Notes under the pieces: generated by a model
Databases searched by the model: none
What the model saw: the letters and a program-made list of their open reading frames with translations, nothing else
What the model was told of the DNA's origin: nothing
Program-made: the position numbers and the translations under genes
Shown here: one piece after another, positions 1-13,053 of the stretch
Layout: every line of letters starts with the position of its first letter
Position numbering within the stretch: position 1 is the first letter of the stretch
Assembly: GCF_036321535.1 (NCBI RefSeq)
Contig: NC_087438.1
Span: 4,032,001-4,096,000 of the forward strand
Direction: 5' to 3'
Length of the DNA stretch: 64,000 bases
DNA from: Camelus dromedarius
Taxonomy: Eukaryota

Positions 1-324
1 TTTTTTTACTACACTATGCTAATTTTCTCTACAAAGCTAATTGCCACAGATACAATAAAAAAATACTAATGTAGTATTCTATTTTATGTTTATTACATGC
101 ATTCTTCATTCTACTTAGAAGCTTCAGGGATACCTTGCAGTCAAATAGATCATCCTGGCAAGGAAGTTGCTTTCAAGAAATAAATTGATTCATTTTAGAT
201 GTTAGTACCCTATCAAATAATGACAAAGAACAGAGTAACTTATTGCATTCTCCATAACCATGGGATGGAGGAGATCGCTGCCAAGTCTTTCAGGATTAAG
301 AAACCAGCACCATCTTACACAGAT

Positions 325-487
325 GAGCTTTCAGCCACTTCCTCTCTCATTCTGTTGGAGAGAACCCAGTCACAGGCCACGCATAACGTGTAACTCACCT
401 AACGTGTGAGGCTAGGAGTTGTGGCTTTGATATGTGCAACAGCAAAGGAGATGAATTTTGGCGGACAGTGAGCAGGCAGCATCACAC
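325..487 (-). mobile_element. Old MLT1 (ERVL-MaLR) LTR fragment
   Basis: CACTTCCTCTCTCATTCTGTTGGAGAGAACCCAGTCACAGGCCAC...GAATTTTGGCGGACAG resembles the antisense MLT1J/K/L end. Confidence 0.55.
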
Positions 488-679
488 TCATCCTTTTGAA
501 ATTGTGCCGAGGGTCAGGGGAAGAAACAGAGCTCAATGTGAAATCTCTGCAAATCCGGAAAAGACGCCTCCAACGTCCAGGTCCCTCTGCAGGGGTTCAG
601 AGGGATCGTATCTGAAAAACTCTAGGTACCAAGCGATCATTAAATGTCCAACTGCTTTCATTATGTCTCCAGCCGATGG

Positions 680-1120
680 CTGAGTCTGGAGCTGAGACAC
701 TGTCATGACTAGATGAAGGAGTATGGGAGTGACTGACCATTAGGGGATGGTTCAAGTCAGTAGAAGAGATGAACTCATTTAGGCAAAACTTGCAGAAGCT
801 TATAGAAAAGAAGAGGACTTAGGACTAACCCCAGAGGGATTTAAACGTTTGGAAGTCTGGTAGGAGAGGAAAAGCCATCAGAAGAGACTATCAAGAATCT
901 GCCATTGAAGAAGGAGGCAAATTAGGGGTGTGGCTGAGAAGACACTAGTCACTCCCGCTCAGCGTGACAGGGTCAGATAGTATGGGTGAAGCTTGTGACA
1001 CGGAGATCCTTGCTGACCTTGAATCCTGGAGAGGTTGAGAGGGAACCTATTTGAAATAAGTTGGAGTGACCAGCAGTTGAGGAAGTAGAATTAAGGAGCA
1101 CTTGCTCTGAAGAGTTTGCT
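680..1120 (-). mobile_element. L2 LINE fragment
   Basis: Purine-rich antisense L2 motifs: AGAAGAGGACTTAGGACTAACCCC, GAGGAAAAGCCATCAGAAGAGACT, CCTTGCTGACCTTGA. Confidence 0.6.
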
Positions 1121-2429
1121 TTCTGGTTCATTGGTGGTTAACCAACGTATTCCATCAAAACAACAATTATGTGCTGGAAATTCCTTAAAAAGCTTTGTCA
1201 TCCGTGTAAGAGGCCGCCTCTATATTTTAAGTTCTGGGAGCTCATGATTGGCAGTTTTTCTTTATCCCCATCTTACATTACCATTTACACGAACCAAAAC
1301 ACTCATCTTGCCAGAGAAGTAAATTGCCACTTTGAAACAGGGAAAATGGGCAAAAGTATAAAAATGTGAATAATCGGCGTTGTGAGTCAGTGCTGTGTGA
1401 TTGTGTGATTAAGGCAATCTGCATCCTCTTAAGCCTTTCTCTTTCTTGCTTTCATAATTATCGGAACACTTTTCAGATCGTTAACCCTGCCAAATACAAA
1501 TTAGGGAAAAGGACTCTCCCGACTAACACAGACTTCCCCTAATCCCATCTCCACGCTCCAAACCACAGAATTTTCTATGTGAAAATAATCTTTTATGTTT
1601 TGCCTCCCAACTGTGTTCCAAATTCTTCCTAACCTCTACCTATCCGTAACCTCCACTAAGTACATATATTTGAAACAAACAAAAAAAAAATTAATTTACC
1701 CTGAATTCTTTGATGGCAGAATACAGACATATTTATTTCTTCTTACTGTGAGAAAAGCAAATGGCATAGTGGTCGTTGTATAGATTGACTCCAAAGATGG
1801 TAAACTATTCAGATGGTGTATTACTCACAGGGTGAGATAGCTGAATCATTTGAAGGTTCTTTCTCATTTTCATTAATAAATTGAGGATGCTTCTGAGTCT
1901 CCTAAAAGACATTGGAGAGCTTCGTGGACTTTGAGGACATTAGAAGACGGTCTCAGAGAAAGAAGGAAAACACAGGAGCAACCCCAACGCTGAGCACCTC
2001 ACTTTGCATTGAGACACTTGCTAGTTAGTAAGGGTGTCCTGTGACCTTGAACTCAAGGAACAGAGACCAAGAGGCAGAAGGAGCAGAGAGGTTCCAAGGC
2101 CAGCAGAGCTTCGGCAGCCCCGCTGGGCTGGAGAAGCTCCAGTCAGAGGGGAGGGCTTGTCAGAAGGAGTGTCCTCGGCAAATAGCACAGGTCTTCAGTC
2201 AGGGTCTCAGAAGCAAACGGCCAAGGATGAGGGCAAAGCCAGACAGACCAACATTTCCAAAGGCTGAAGCTGGCTCTGAATACACTCCATTCAAGACAGC
2301 AAACTGGGATCAAGGAGGAAAACCTGACATACCTTAAGGTCGAACAGCAACAGGAAATTATTGTAACATCTTTCCCATTTGAGATACATTTTCAAATATA
2401 TTGGTATAATTTTTTTAAAATACACAATT

Positions 2430-2920
2430 TATAAAAATTAACCCAAGAAGAAATGGAAATAAGAATAGTCCTATACCACATAATCCATAATTAAAACCTC
2501 CAAAAGAACTCTAGACCCGACTGACTGGCTCCACTGGTAAATTCTAAAAGCATTTAAAAAGTGGTAATACCAACTTTGCACAAATCGTGTGTAAGAGATT
2601 TTGAAAAGAAGAAAAGAAGAGAAAAAGAGGAAACAATTTCCAATCAATCTAGGAGGCTAGCCTAAACTTGATACCAAAACCTAAAAAGGACATGGCAAGA
2701 AAGGAAACTTACGGACTGTTTCATGAACACCAGTGGAAAACCCTAAATAACATATTAACCAGTTAGATATAAATACATGGAGAGGTATGTCAGATTAGTG
2801 CATTTGAAAATTCAGTATTAGAAAAATGACAGTTTCCCCAAATTGATCTATACATGTAATGCTCCCCCAATCCAAATCTTCCAGACAAGATGTTTTGTGT
2901 GTAAACTGACCCATTCTTTG
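2430..2920 (+). mobile_element. Old L1M ORF2 fragments (internally deleted)
   Basis: AACCCAAGAAGAAATGGAAA, CCACTGGTAAATTCT, CTTGATACCAAAACC, CCCCAAATTGATCTATACA are decayed L1 ORF2 landmarks. Confidence 0.75.
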
Positions 2921-4212
2921 TGACCCAGCAGCTGAGGCAGCACAGAGGACCAGCCTGGAATCAGCTACTGCCCCGGTGGGTCTCTGGGGGTCCCTGGCGG
3001 GTCTCTCTGGGTCCTCCCTGGTTTGCATTAATGAAAAAGAAATGCAGTCAGCAATGAATGCCTTCCTCTCCCTTCCAGCCCTTGGATCCCTGAGACCCCT
3101 TCTCAATCTCTCCTGTGAACAGGGGTTTGGTTGTCCTGGGGGAGGAGAATTCGCCCAGCTCAGGCTGCACTCTCTGGCAGCCAGCACAGCTCTACCCAAG
3201 CCCTAGCAAATCCTGTGCTTCAGATAACAAAAGCGGCACGGCCATCCCCCCAGCACCAAGGAGCATCCTGGTCCTGGGGCCAGGCTCCCTGTGAGCCTCC
3301 CGCTTCATCTCTCTGCTTGTTGTGCAGCCGGAGCCAGGAGCACCGCCAGGACTCAAGGGCTCCTCCTGAGACAGCCTGGTGCCCTTACTAAATCCAGCTG
3401 TGCTAAGCAAACCCAAAATGGGTTTTATAGCATTTTAACATGTTTGCACAACACATGTTAAATCTTTTCATTTCATAATACTTAATGGTAGAAAACTTGA
3501 AAAACAGTGGGAAAACATAGGTACTCCTCTTGATAAAAATTTACTGAGCATCTCTCCTTGCAAGCACTGGCTACTACTGAGGACTTGATGCTGAATCGAA
3601 CATATTCCACCCAAGAGAGAGGTCAGTAATCAGGGGCGTTTGTTTCAAGCACATACTGTATATTTATGTAAAAGTCACACATGTGTGCAAGTATATGTAT
3701 CAGTGAATAACATTTACATTTTTTCACATTATTTAGTTTATTCTATTTTTATAGTTCTGTATCAGGAATTTGTCACTGAACAGATAATCCTCACTTAAGC
3801 CCATCTGCCAAGAGCCTCTTGAAACATTCAAAATAAGACTAGTTTTTGGGTTTCTTTGTTTGTTCTAAATATAGCATGAGAAAGTTTATGGCTTTAGGTG
3901 TTTAGAAGTTAAAATATATTAACTCTTTTATAAATGTATGAGTTTTTTTAAGAAAATAAATACAGAATGCCACTGAAATCTATAAAATCAACATTGTCAG
4001 TGACCTATTTTTTTAATATACCCATTGAGTTTAGAAATGTGGCTCCCCCCACATTTATCTCACTGCTGCTCTGTGTTACTTCCCAGCCATTATTGCACAG
4101 GGCCTGTCGCTGCATTTTCTAAGGTTCTTGAATCACACAGAATGAAGCAGAGCAAAATTACTGACAGATGAAAAATAACAATCTTTTGTGATTTTTTTTC
4201 CTGAGTTAAGGT

Positions 4213-4751
4213 GCTGCTTAGCCAGCGTTCTCCAGAGAAACAAAATCAGTAGGATGTGTGTGTGTATACATGTGCTATTTATGTATATATTTATTCATTT
4301 ATTATAAGGAATTGGCTCATGGGACTATGCAGACTGGTAAATCCACAATCTGCAGGGTGGCCAGCAGGCTGGGACCCAGGAAAGCTGGTACTGCAGTTTC
4401 ACTCGGAAGGCTCCCAGGCTGGAGCCCAGAGGGCCGGACTCCCAGTTCTAGTCTGAAGATCATCGGCTGTAGAACCAGGAAGAACCAATGTTCCACATGG
4501 AATCTGAAAGCTGTCTGCTGGAGAGTTCCCTCTTGTTCAGGGGAGGCCAGTCTTCTGTCCTATTCAGGCCATCAACTGATGGGATGAGGTCCACCTACAT
4601 TGCAGAGGGCAACTTACTTTACTCCAAGTTCACTGACTTCAAGGTTAATTTTATCCACAACACCCTCTCAGACACTCCCAGAATAACCCTTGTCCGAGTA
4701 TCTGTGCACTCCATGTCTCAGCCAAATCGACATATAACATTAACTACCATA
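4213..4751 (-). mobile_element. MLT2 (ERVL) solo LTR
   Basis: GTTCTCCAGAGAAACA...TTTATTATAAGGAATTGGCTCA...CACAATCTGCAGGGTGGCCAGCAGGCTGG...ACATATAACATTAACTACCATA matches antisense MLT2 layout. Confidence 0.85.
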
Positions 4752-5390
4752 GATGCATAATTTCCTTTAAAATAATTTTTAGTATAAAAAGTCCTATGTG
4801 TTATAACTCTCCTGCCTAATAGCCAAGTTTTCTTGCCTGTTAAAGTGCAGGCTGAAAGGAGAAAGCCATCAGACACAGCAAAGCTCTCTTCTTACCAGAT
4901 ACACTGCAAAAGTAAACGTGGGTTTAGGGAAGGTGGTACAGCCTTTAGCATTTAATCAAAATCCGGGAGAGAATTAAGGTACATCTTCATCCAAAACTCG
5001 ACACAAAGTTGTGTTTTTTTAGCAAAGAATTTTACAATCATAAAAACAGATGGTGCCTTCTTTGCATTCAGGGGAGGGTTGTATATGAAGGTTGAAAAAT
5101 CAGGTAAAAGGTAAAATGGGAATTATCAGTTAATTCTAGCACTGAATCACTGTGAAATTATCAATTGTTTTAACAGACACCACCACAATTAATTTTCAAC
5201 ACAACATTTGAAGGCAACTACTATCATATGTATTATATGTTTACGATTGATAAATGATTAACTAGAAATCACAGAATTCACCTCGAATCACACAATCAGG
5301 GAGCGGCTGGCTGCAGTGAGAGCCCCAGGGTCCTGACACTGAGCCTTGTTCTCCTCATTCAGTCGAATACCTCAATTAAAGAGCAGAGCT

Positions 5391-6046
5391 TCACTTGGAA
5401 CGATGATCTCTAGGTCCATCCATGTTGCTGCTGATGGCATTATTTTATTTTTTTATGGCTGAGTAGTATTCTGTTGTATAAATATATCACAACTTCTTTA
5501 TCCAGTCATCTGTTGATGGACATTTAGGCTGTTTCCATGCCTTGGCTATTGTATATAGTGCTGCTATGAACACTGGGGTGCATGTATCTTTTTGAATTAG
5601 AGTAGATCGTCATTCCAAGTGAAGTAAGCCAGAAATAGAAAGAAAAATACCATATGATATCACTTACATGTGGAATCCAAGGAAAGGAAAAAACGGAACA
5701 CTAATGAACTCATCTGTAAAACAGAAACAGACTCGCAGGCATAGTAAACAATCGTATGGTTACCAGGGGGAAAGGGAGTGTGAAGGGATAAATTTGGGAG
5801 TTTGAGATTTGCAAATGTTAGCCACTATATATATAAAAGTAGATAAAAAACCAAATTTCTTCTGTGTAGCACAGGGAACTATGTTCAATATCTTGTAATA
5901 ACCTTTAATGAAAAAGAATATGAAATTAATATATGTATGTATATATATATATATACATGACTGAGATATTATGCTGTACACCAGAAATTGACACATTATA
6001 ACTGACTGTACTTCAGTAAAAAAAAAAAAGACACCCCCCCAAAAAA
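5391..6046 (+). mobile_element. 5'-truncated young L1 with 5' inversion; TSD AAAGA(G/A)CAGAGCT
   Basis: 5391-5603 antisense L1; 5604-~6016 sense L1 3' end then A-rich tail; direct repeats at 5378-5390 and 6047-6059. Confidence 0.9.
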
Positions 6047-7683
6047 AAAGAACAGAGCTACCATATGCCTTAAAGAAATGGAAATAAATAGTGAGTGAGA
6101 TCAAAAACAATGGGAAAACTCATCTTTGGATTCCTCCACAATTCAAGACAGACTACCCTGCAGGTGTTAGGTTGACACAAATCTTCAGTTCTCATGAGTT
6201 GTTCTTTAAGACAACAGGGTGTAACTGATCACACAGCTGAAGCTGTCCCCAGTTGTCCTCTGGACCAAAGCTCTTCTAATACACAGTAGGGTAGAGTTCA
6301 TCAAGAATGGGTTTGGAATGAAAACACAGAAATTCAGGAATGTACATGAGGTCACACTACAAAGCCAAAAATAAAATACAATTCTTGGGTTTCATAGTTC
6401 AGTGTGGGACCCTCCACGTAATGTCAGTATAGTCATGCTGAGGGGCTGCACTGTCCAGCACCTTCTGTCCAGGAAGAAAGGGTTGTTTATCACCAACCCC
6501 AGGTGGCAGGTGACCCACTACCTTCTTGGTACTGGAAGTACCACTCATGGCATTTCAACAAAAGACTTTTGCCACCATAAATGTCTCAGGCTTGCTTTGG
6601 CATTTCCTCAGCCTCCCAAACTTTTCCCCACTTCTCCCCTAATCCTTCGTTAAACACAGCCTCTGTGCTCTGCCATTCAGAGATCGTAACAAGGTAAGAG
6701 GGAGAGGAGATTTCACACTTTCTTTTGATGCATTGAAAATGGCTTTGAGTTCTGAGTCTCTGCTTCTGAGTCCTACATGGAATGACATTGATGGATAGCT
6801 AAGAAAGTTGACTATTGTCTGAACAAAAAGTAACACTCATTTTCTTAAAACTCATTTTAAGGGAGTGAGGGGTGAGGGGCATAGAATGACTCTTCAAATT
6901 ATGTTTAAAGCTGGAAATGGTTTTCTATTGCTAAGCTCCAGAAGTGATATATGGTACAGAAAGCAGGAAGACAAAATTTCCATGATTTAAATACAGAAAT
7001 ATTCTTTGAGTGTCTGTTTCATAAAAGAGGATGGCACTTCAGGACTTTTCATAAGATAGGCTACATTTTGAGATGTTTATTTTTTTAATATTTGGTTATT
7101 CAGTCTAGTTCCTTTCTGTTTAAAATTGAAGTCTGACACGTGGTTGTATAATGTGATTTCCATCTTAGTGAAAGGAAGCCCCAAAGGTATTATATCCTCA
7201 CAGGGCCCTAGCAGCCTGCACACTTACAGCCCCTGTGGATCAAAACATTGACAGAAACAGGCTGATTGATGACTCCCTGAAGACGAATTTCACTTCTAGG
7301 AGGAGGCAGGATTAGATTTTTAAAAGGCTCGCAATCTAGGAAAATAGACCTAAGAGAGGAAGGTGACAGTGAGAAAGCCCTTTGCCGTATTTCATTCTGG
7401 AGCTCTCAGCTGGGCACACCAGAGCCAGTCCAGTAAGTGGGCCACGGCAGCTTGATTGGGAGGGTGTCTGATCAAATATATTGCTCAGTCCAGGTCAGCA
7501 AAAGGACACGTAGGTCAGAAGAGCTCTGATCTCAACTGGGGCTTAGAAAGGACAAGGGTGGGCCAACGCCCGGGTGCATGGCATCGTGGGCACCTCAAGT
7601 GTCTCCAACAATATTCCAAAACATCCACCATAAAGTCAGATTTTTTTCTTTGCCATCAACATGCCTATATCAGTGTCTACACC

Positions 7684-8131
7684 TGTGTGGGACAGAATCA
7701 TAGCCCCTAAAGATGGCCCCACCAGAATGATCTTACAAGGTTAAAGGGACTTCACAGATGGTGTTAAGAATTTTGATTTGAGAGATTAGCCTGGATTCTC
7801 CAGGGAGACCCAGTCTAGTTGCATGGGTCCTTCAAAAGTGGAGAAGCCCTTCTTATGGTGGTCAGTCAGAGGGAGATGTGACATCTCTGGCTTTGAAGAC
7901 AGGGAAGAGGTCACAAGCCAAAGAATGTGGGTGCCCTCTAGATGCTGGAAAAGATAGGAAAGGATTCTCTCCAAGAGCCTACAGAAAGGAAGGCAGCTGA
8001 TGACTCCTTAATGTTGGCCCAGTTGGACCTGTGTCGGATTCTGACTTCCAGACCTGCAAGACGATACACATGTGTGTTTTAAGTCACAGGAGGTGCAGTG
8101 ATATGTTACAGCAGTGATAGAAATTAATACA
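7684..8131 (+). mobile_element. MLT1D-like solo LTR
   Basis: TGTG..CAGAATCATAGCCCCTAAAGATG...AAAGGGACTTCACAGATG...CTAGATGCTGGAAAAG...GTTACAGCAGTGATAGAAATTAATACA. Confidence 0.85.
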
Positions 8132-8459
8132 GCACCTAAAGTCACCTCCACAGGAATGAGTTGTCACAGAATCTGTGCATGGTGACATCCCAGGTGGTCA
8201 CCAACGTGGCATGGACCCACATGGCATTCTAAGGAGCCCCCTTTCTAGAACATCTCAGCAGCCAGAAGCCAGTCCAAAAGACAAGCCTCTCCAAGATGGG
8301 CTACAGAATGTGGCTCACGTGTCAGCATCAGCAACCTGCACAGCGTTTCGGGCAGCGCCACGTCAGAGGAGGGAGGGCAGGCAGTAGCCTCTGGGTCCGA
8401 CCGGGAGTCTAGGGAATGCTCAGATAGTAGGATGAAGGAGAGAGGGAAGAATAAATACC

Positions 8460-8640
8460 ACTTGCCGGATGCTTGCTGAGCATCGCTTCTCTATTTGATG
8501 CGTATTATCCCAAGATCCTTGCAACTCTGTAAGGTATGCACACCATCATCCCCACTGCGCAGCAGAGAAACTGAGGCTGGGTGACATTCCCGAGGTCACA
8601 CAGCTAGCGAGTGGCATTGCGTGTCTACAGCCTGCAGTCC
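8460..8640 (-). mobile_element. MIR SINE
   Basis: Antisense MIR core GAGAAACTGAGGCT...CCCGAGGTCACACAGCTAG..GTGGC. Confidence 0.75.
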
Positions 8641-10629
8641 CAACCTTAGTCCCGCAGGTCCTGATGTTGGGAGATGCCACGGCAGCCACATAATGGGAAA
8701 AATACCTGGTGGGGGCAGGGCTGGGGAGCCTGCTACATTATATTGGCGTTCAGAATGCCTTAAAGTTCTGATAGTGATTTTTTTATTATTGATTTTATTC
8801 TTACTGGTTTTACTGTTGTTAGAGTGTTATTAACAGGGTTAGATCTGCATTATGCAATCAGATTATTCATTTTAAGCATTTATTTATATCAAATTTTACT
8901 TCTAACTTCCTTGGGCATTGCGACGAGTTTTCAGTGAAGGTCACGTTCTGATTTATCATTCTCAAAGTCCCCTCGAGGTCCTGCTTCTGAGACCACCATT
9001 GTTTTGTCCCCTTATGTCTTCTTTCCCCTTTTTCCCTCTGTGCAGAGGAGAAAGAGAACAGCTCTCACTATATGACCACCCCCAAGCCCTCCTCACGCAG
9101 AATGATGCCAGCTTAGGGCCCTGGGAGCACACAGGGCTACAAAGTGGCAGGTCATTCCCTGCGAGTGCCCAGGAGGAGAGATGTTGCGGTGTTTTCTGTC
9201 GGCTGGCCTCATGCAATTTCTAGCCACACTTCAAAATAGATGGAGAGGTGACTGTGGAACAAAGGTGATGGATGCGTTGCTGAAATAACTTGGTGGGGAG
9301 ATGAATTAGATAAACAGTAAGGTTTTATCTACAGCCTGTCTGGAGTAGCGCCTCCAGGATTCTGTTTCTACATAGAATTTAATCAGAAGCTTCTAGAAAG
9401 GCACTCGTCCCCTTTCTGTGGCTTGTCATCAATGTTTACCCACTCCATTCACAGCAAGCGCATAATTACCTGTCGTGTGCCTTCTGCTAGGGTTCAGAGG
9501 AAGCAGCAGGAAGACTGACTGAGAGACGTGAAAACCAGTGTCACATTTCAAGCATTTATTTTCCTAGTAGCTTAACAGAGAGACTCTAGGAAAAAAGTAA
9601 TTTTTTTAAAAGACGAGTTTGGCTGGAAACTGCTTTCCAGCCACTGTAGAGAGAAGTTCCAGAGCCCACACGTGGCATTTCTTTATAGGGAGGGATGCCT
9701 TTTCCTGGACTGCAGGAGGGAGAGGAAAAATGGCAGCTGCTTCAAAGGACCACAGCTCCATTCAGGTCCTTTAGCTGCAGGTGCCAGAGAGGGCTGGAGG
9801 CAGCCAGAGCCAGCTTTCCTGCCTCCCTGGCAAATGTGCCAAGGCAAAAGCCAGGAGCTAGTGCAATCAGTTAGCTAGGAAGCACAGGAGTGAGGTGAAC
9901 GAATGGACTTCCCATCTTCACACGTGCAGACGGCATGAAAAACATCTCCAGGTTCAAACTGATTTGAAGGTAAATCTTTCATGGAATTTCCCTTTATTTT
10001 CTGTTACTAGATTAAAAAGCAAAACAATGCAAAACAACAACAACAAAAAACACTCACCAAGCTGCATCCACTGGTCCACACACACAGGGATGTCAGGATG
10101 ACTTCCACTCTCACCCCCTTTCCCTTCTCCACTGCCGTCTGGCCCTTCCTCCAGGTCTGACCTCTTCTCCTCCAGCCTCTAGCCCTGTTCCATCCTCCTG
10201 CGGTGGAGGGTCTGTTTTTGGTTTGGGTCTCTTCTCCCAGGCTAGCCCCACTTGCAGGACTGCTACAATCCCAGCTAAACTCCGAGCCCTCTGCCCACAC
10301 CTGGAGGTCAAAACACACAGGCTACGTTTGCTTCGTTCATTGCTGGCTTCTGCTGCCTTATCTTTGCCCCCTTCTCTGCTCTCCGCTCTGCTTGTCTCTG
10401 GATTAGCAGTCGAATCTGCTTCTTTTGATGTTTAGATCATTCCTGGGAGAGACGCCCGGATGGGTTCTGTAACGAGGGGCTGTGAGAGCTGCCTTGGATG
10501 GGAGGCTGTGGTCAACTACCTGCAGAAGCGGTCCCCTGTGTGGTTATCTACCTGCAGACGCGGTCCCCCATCATCAGCCTTCACTGCCCCCCGCGGGGTT
10601 GGAGCAGTCTTGGAGCATAGGACTCACTG

Positions 10630-10748
10630 CACTGTGAACCCCTTGAGGACAAGGGGTGAGTTTTATGGATCTGGATTCCCCAGCTGAGTGCTGAGCCTGT
10701 CATAAGCTTTCAAGGAACATTTGCTAAGTGGCTGAATTAATAAATGAG
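10630..10748 (+). mobile_element. L2 3' end
   Basis: ACTGTGAACCCCTTGAGGACAAGG...ACATTTGCTAAGTGGCTGAATTAATAAATGA. Confidence 0.6.
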
Positions 10749-11091
10749 TTTCTAGATGAGTGCACCTCTATCCACACATGCTCAGCAGTGGTTTTGCCCT
10801 GGAGATGCAGCTTTTGGAAGTGCAGGAAGTTTGGCTAAAATTTCAGAATTTTCCTAAGGCTCAGTGCCTTCTCCATCAGTTTGGTGATTATCTTCTCTCC
10901 CTCTTGGTCCTTTTCCAGGAAACATCTGGGGAAGGTACCTGAACCCTCTCCCCACAACAGGTGTAGACTGAGGGCTGGGCGACTGTGCTTGGTGGACTGT
11001 GTTCTGGGTGTGAATGTTGTTGCCTCCACCTTCAGGAGTAGCATGAGGGCAGGCAAATTGTTTTTAACAATAAAATAATTGTTTTAATTTG

Positions 11092-11248
11092 CTAAGTTTC
11101 AGCTTAATCTGTAAAAGGTGCAACTGTAAAATAGAGACCGTAATAGGACTTAATAAGGTAACCCCTATAAAGCAGTCGACGTGGAGCCGACACATAGTAT
11201 GTGCTCAAAGGCGGTAGCTGGTTTGATGATGACGATGATGATGATGAT
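11092..11248 (+). mobile_element. MIR fragment ending in (GAT)n
   Basis: CTGTAAAATAGAGA..TAATAG...CACATAGTATGTGCTCAA. Confidence 0.55.
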
Positions 11249-11784
11249 TTAGTATCCATTACTCCACCCACTGCAAGAGAGTCCATCTTACAGTGGATGA
11301 GTCCATCTTACTGATGGAGACTTGAGTTTCTGGAAGTTGAGTGAATTCTGAGAGGGTCTGTCTGCCCCCGTCCAGCCTTCACTTCACAGCAGGTGACTGC
11401 AAAAATAAGCCACACAGACCCGCAGAGAGAGCGCTCCCCTCTGAAGGTGCTGGAGCACTCACGGTAACATCAGTTGCTTTCCGCCGTGCTCTCTGCATCC
11501 TTCGCCGTCATCTCTATTTTAGCGAGCGCTGCTATCTACCTTAAGGTGCTATCTATTCAGATCTCCCTCAAGCTGGGTGTGATCAGCCACACAAGGACCG
11601 CCTGGCATTTCATGCCCTCCCCTTACTCTTTATAAAGGCATAACCCTTTCTCACCTCCACTCTTTCTTTAAGCTAAGTCATGTTTACCCCCAAAACTCTC
11701 AAGATGACTACCACCCCCCAGGCTGGCTACTTGCCCTCCACCAGGCTCAGAACCACCTAGTACCCATCACCTCCCAACTACGGA

Positions 11785-12190
11785 AAATAATACTCTCCCT
11801 GCAGTGGGCATGTGCTGCGTGGGAGGACACATGCCCACTTTATCTCACTGAATGCTACAATCAATTATTGATTAGGGTATTGCTGTCTCTCCGGCTAGTC
11901 ACTATTTTGAGAGTTGAGAACTCTAGTAGTGTTTGCAACTCTCTTCCCATTGCACAGCTACAAGGGGTGGGGATAGGTCTGAACCCAGGGCAAATGACTT
12001 AAAAAGATGTCGTCGACGTCCCACTGTACTATCAACTGCAAGTTCCTGAAGGTGAGAGACTACGTTCTATTTGAATTTTAATTGCAAGTACCCAGCCCGA
12101 TGCTTAGCACAGAGCCTGGCATAGGAAGACTGTTAATTGCGTTATTTCACACCTATGCACAGATGCTCACTAAATGTCGGGGGAATAAAT
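11785..12190. mobile_element. MIR (antisense, ~11785-12030) followed by an L2 3' end (sense)
   Basis: CACAGCTA..GGGGTGGG..TCTGAACCCAGG; then ACTGCAAGTTCCTGAAGG...CTTAGCACAGAGCCTGGCATAG...ATGCTCACTAAATGTC. Confidence 0.55.
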
Positions 12191-12599
12191 GGGAGAAGTC
12201 AGCAATCTAGGCTTACCCATCTCACTGGGTGGCCCAGGACCTGTAAACACAGAGTGGGGAACAATAACTGAGGGTTGAATTTAATTGAAATGAGACTGAA
12301 AAAGACTAGGAGCTAGAAATTATTCAAGAGAAGTGGAAACAAGCTGATGGTTTTCAGTCTCCTGGCATTAAGGAAAGTTGCAGTGGGAATAAAGTGCTAA
12401 AGGTCTGCCAAGACACGCGGAACAATTTGAACCTCTGAGTGGTAATCGAACCCCAGCCTCTCTCCAGGAGCTCATTTTAGAGAAGAAACAAGGAATTAAA
12501 ATGCAAGACTGTGGATTGCACCAAGCTCATCATGAGCCCCTGACAAACTACAATTCCTCTGACTTGTTTGAAATAACTGTGCTGAGAATGTATTCTGTT

Positions 12600-13053
12600 T
12601 CCCCTTTGAGATTTCCTCTCCCCCCAGCCACTCAGCCCACTCTGCGATGCCCATGCTAAGCCCTACAAATTGCATCAAAAGGTCTCCCTGGTCCTCCAGC
12701 TTCAGGTTGGGTCTGTCAATAGAATAGGGGGGCAGGGCACCTGTCAGTGTGGGAGGTGGGGGTGATGGGGGAGGTGGGGTAGTCCCGGCTCAACGTCCTG
12801 CTGTCTGCATGAGCCCAGCTGCCCCCTGATGGCTTCCTCTTGCAGCCACAAACCTCTCCACGTTCCAGGACCAGCTCCTTCCCTTGCCCTTCAGATCAAG
12901 AGGAGATGACAGTTTCCAGGGATTGTGAGCCCTGGAACGCAACCATTAAACCCTCAGTTTTCCTTAACCCTGTCTTAACTTGTAAATAACCCTCATCAAA
13001 CTCTGTTTATGGTTTTAAGCACACCACCTGTTTCCTGCACTCTTGCCAATGCA
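12600..13053 (+). mobile_element. LTR33-like ERVL LTR
   Basis: CCCTTGCCCTTCAG...CTTAACCCTG...TGTAAATAACCCTCATCAAACTCT...CCACCTGTTTCCTGC matches the LTR33 3' half. Confidence 0.65.
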
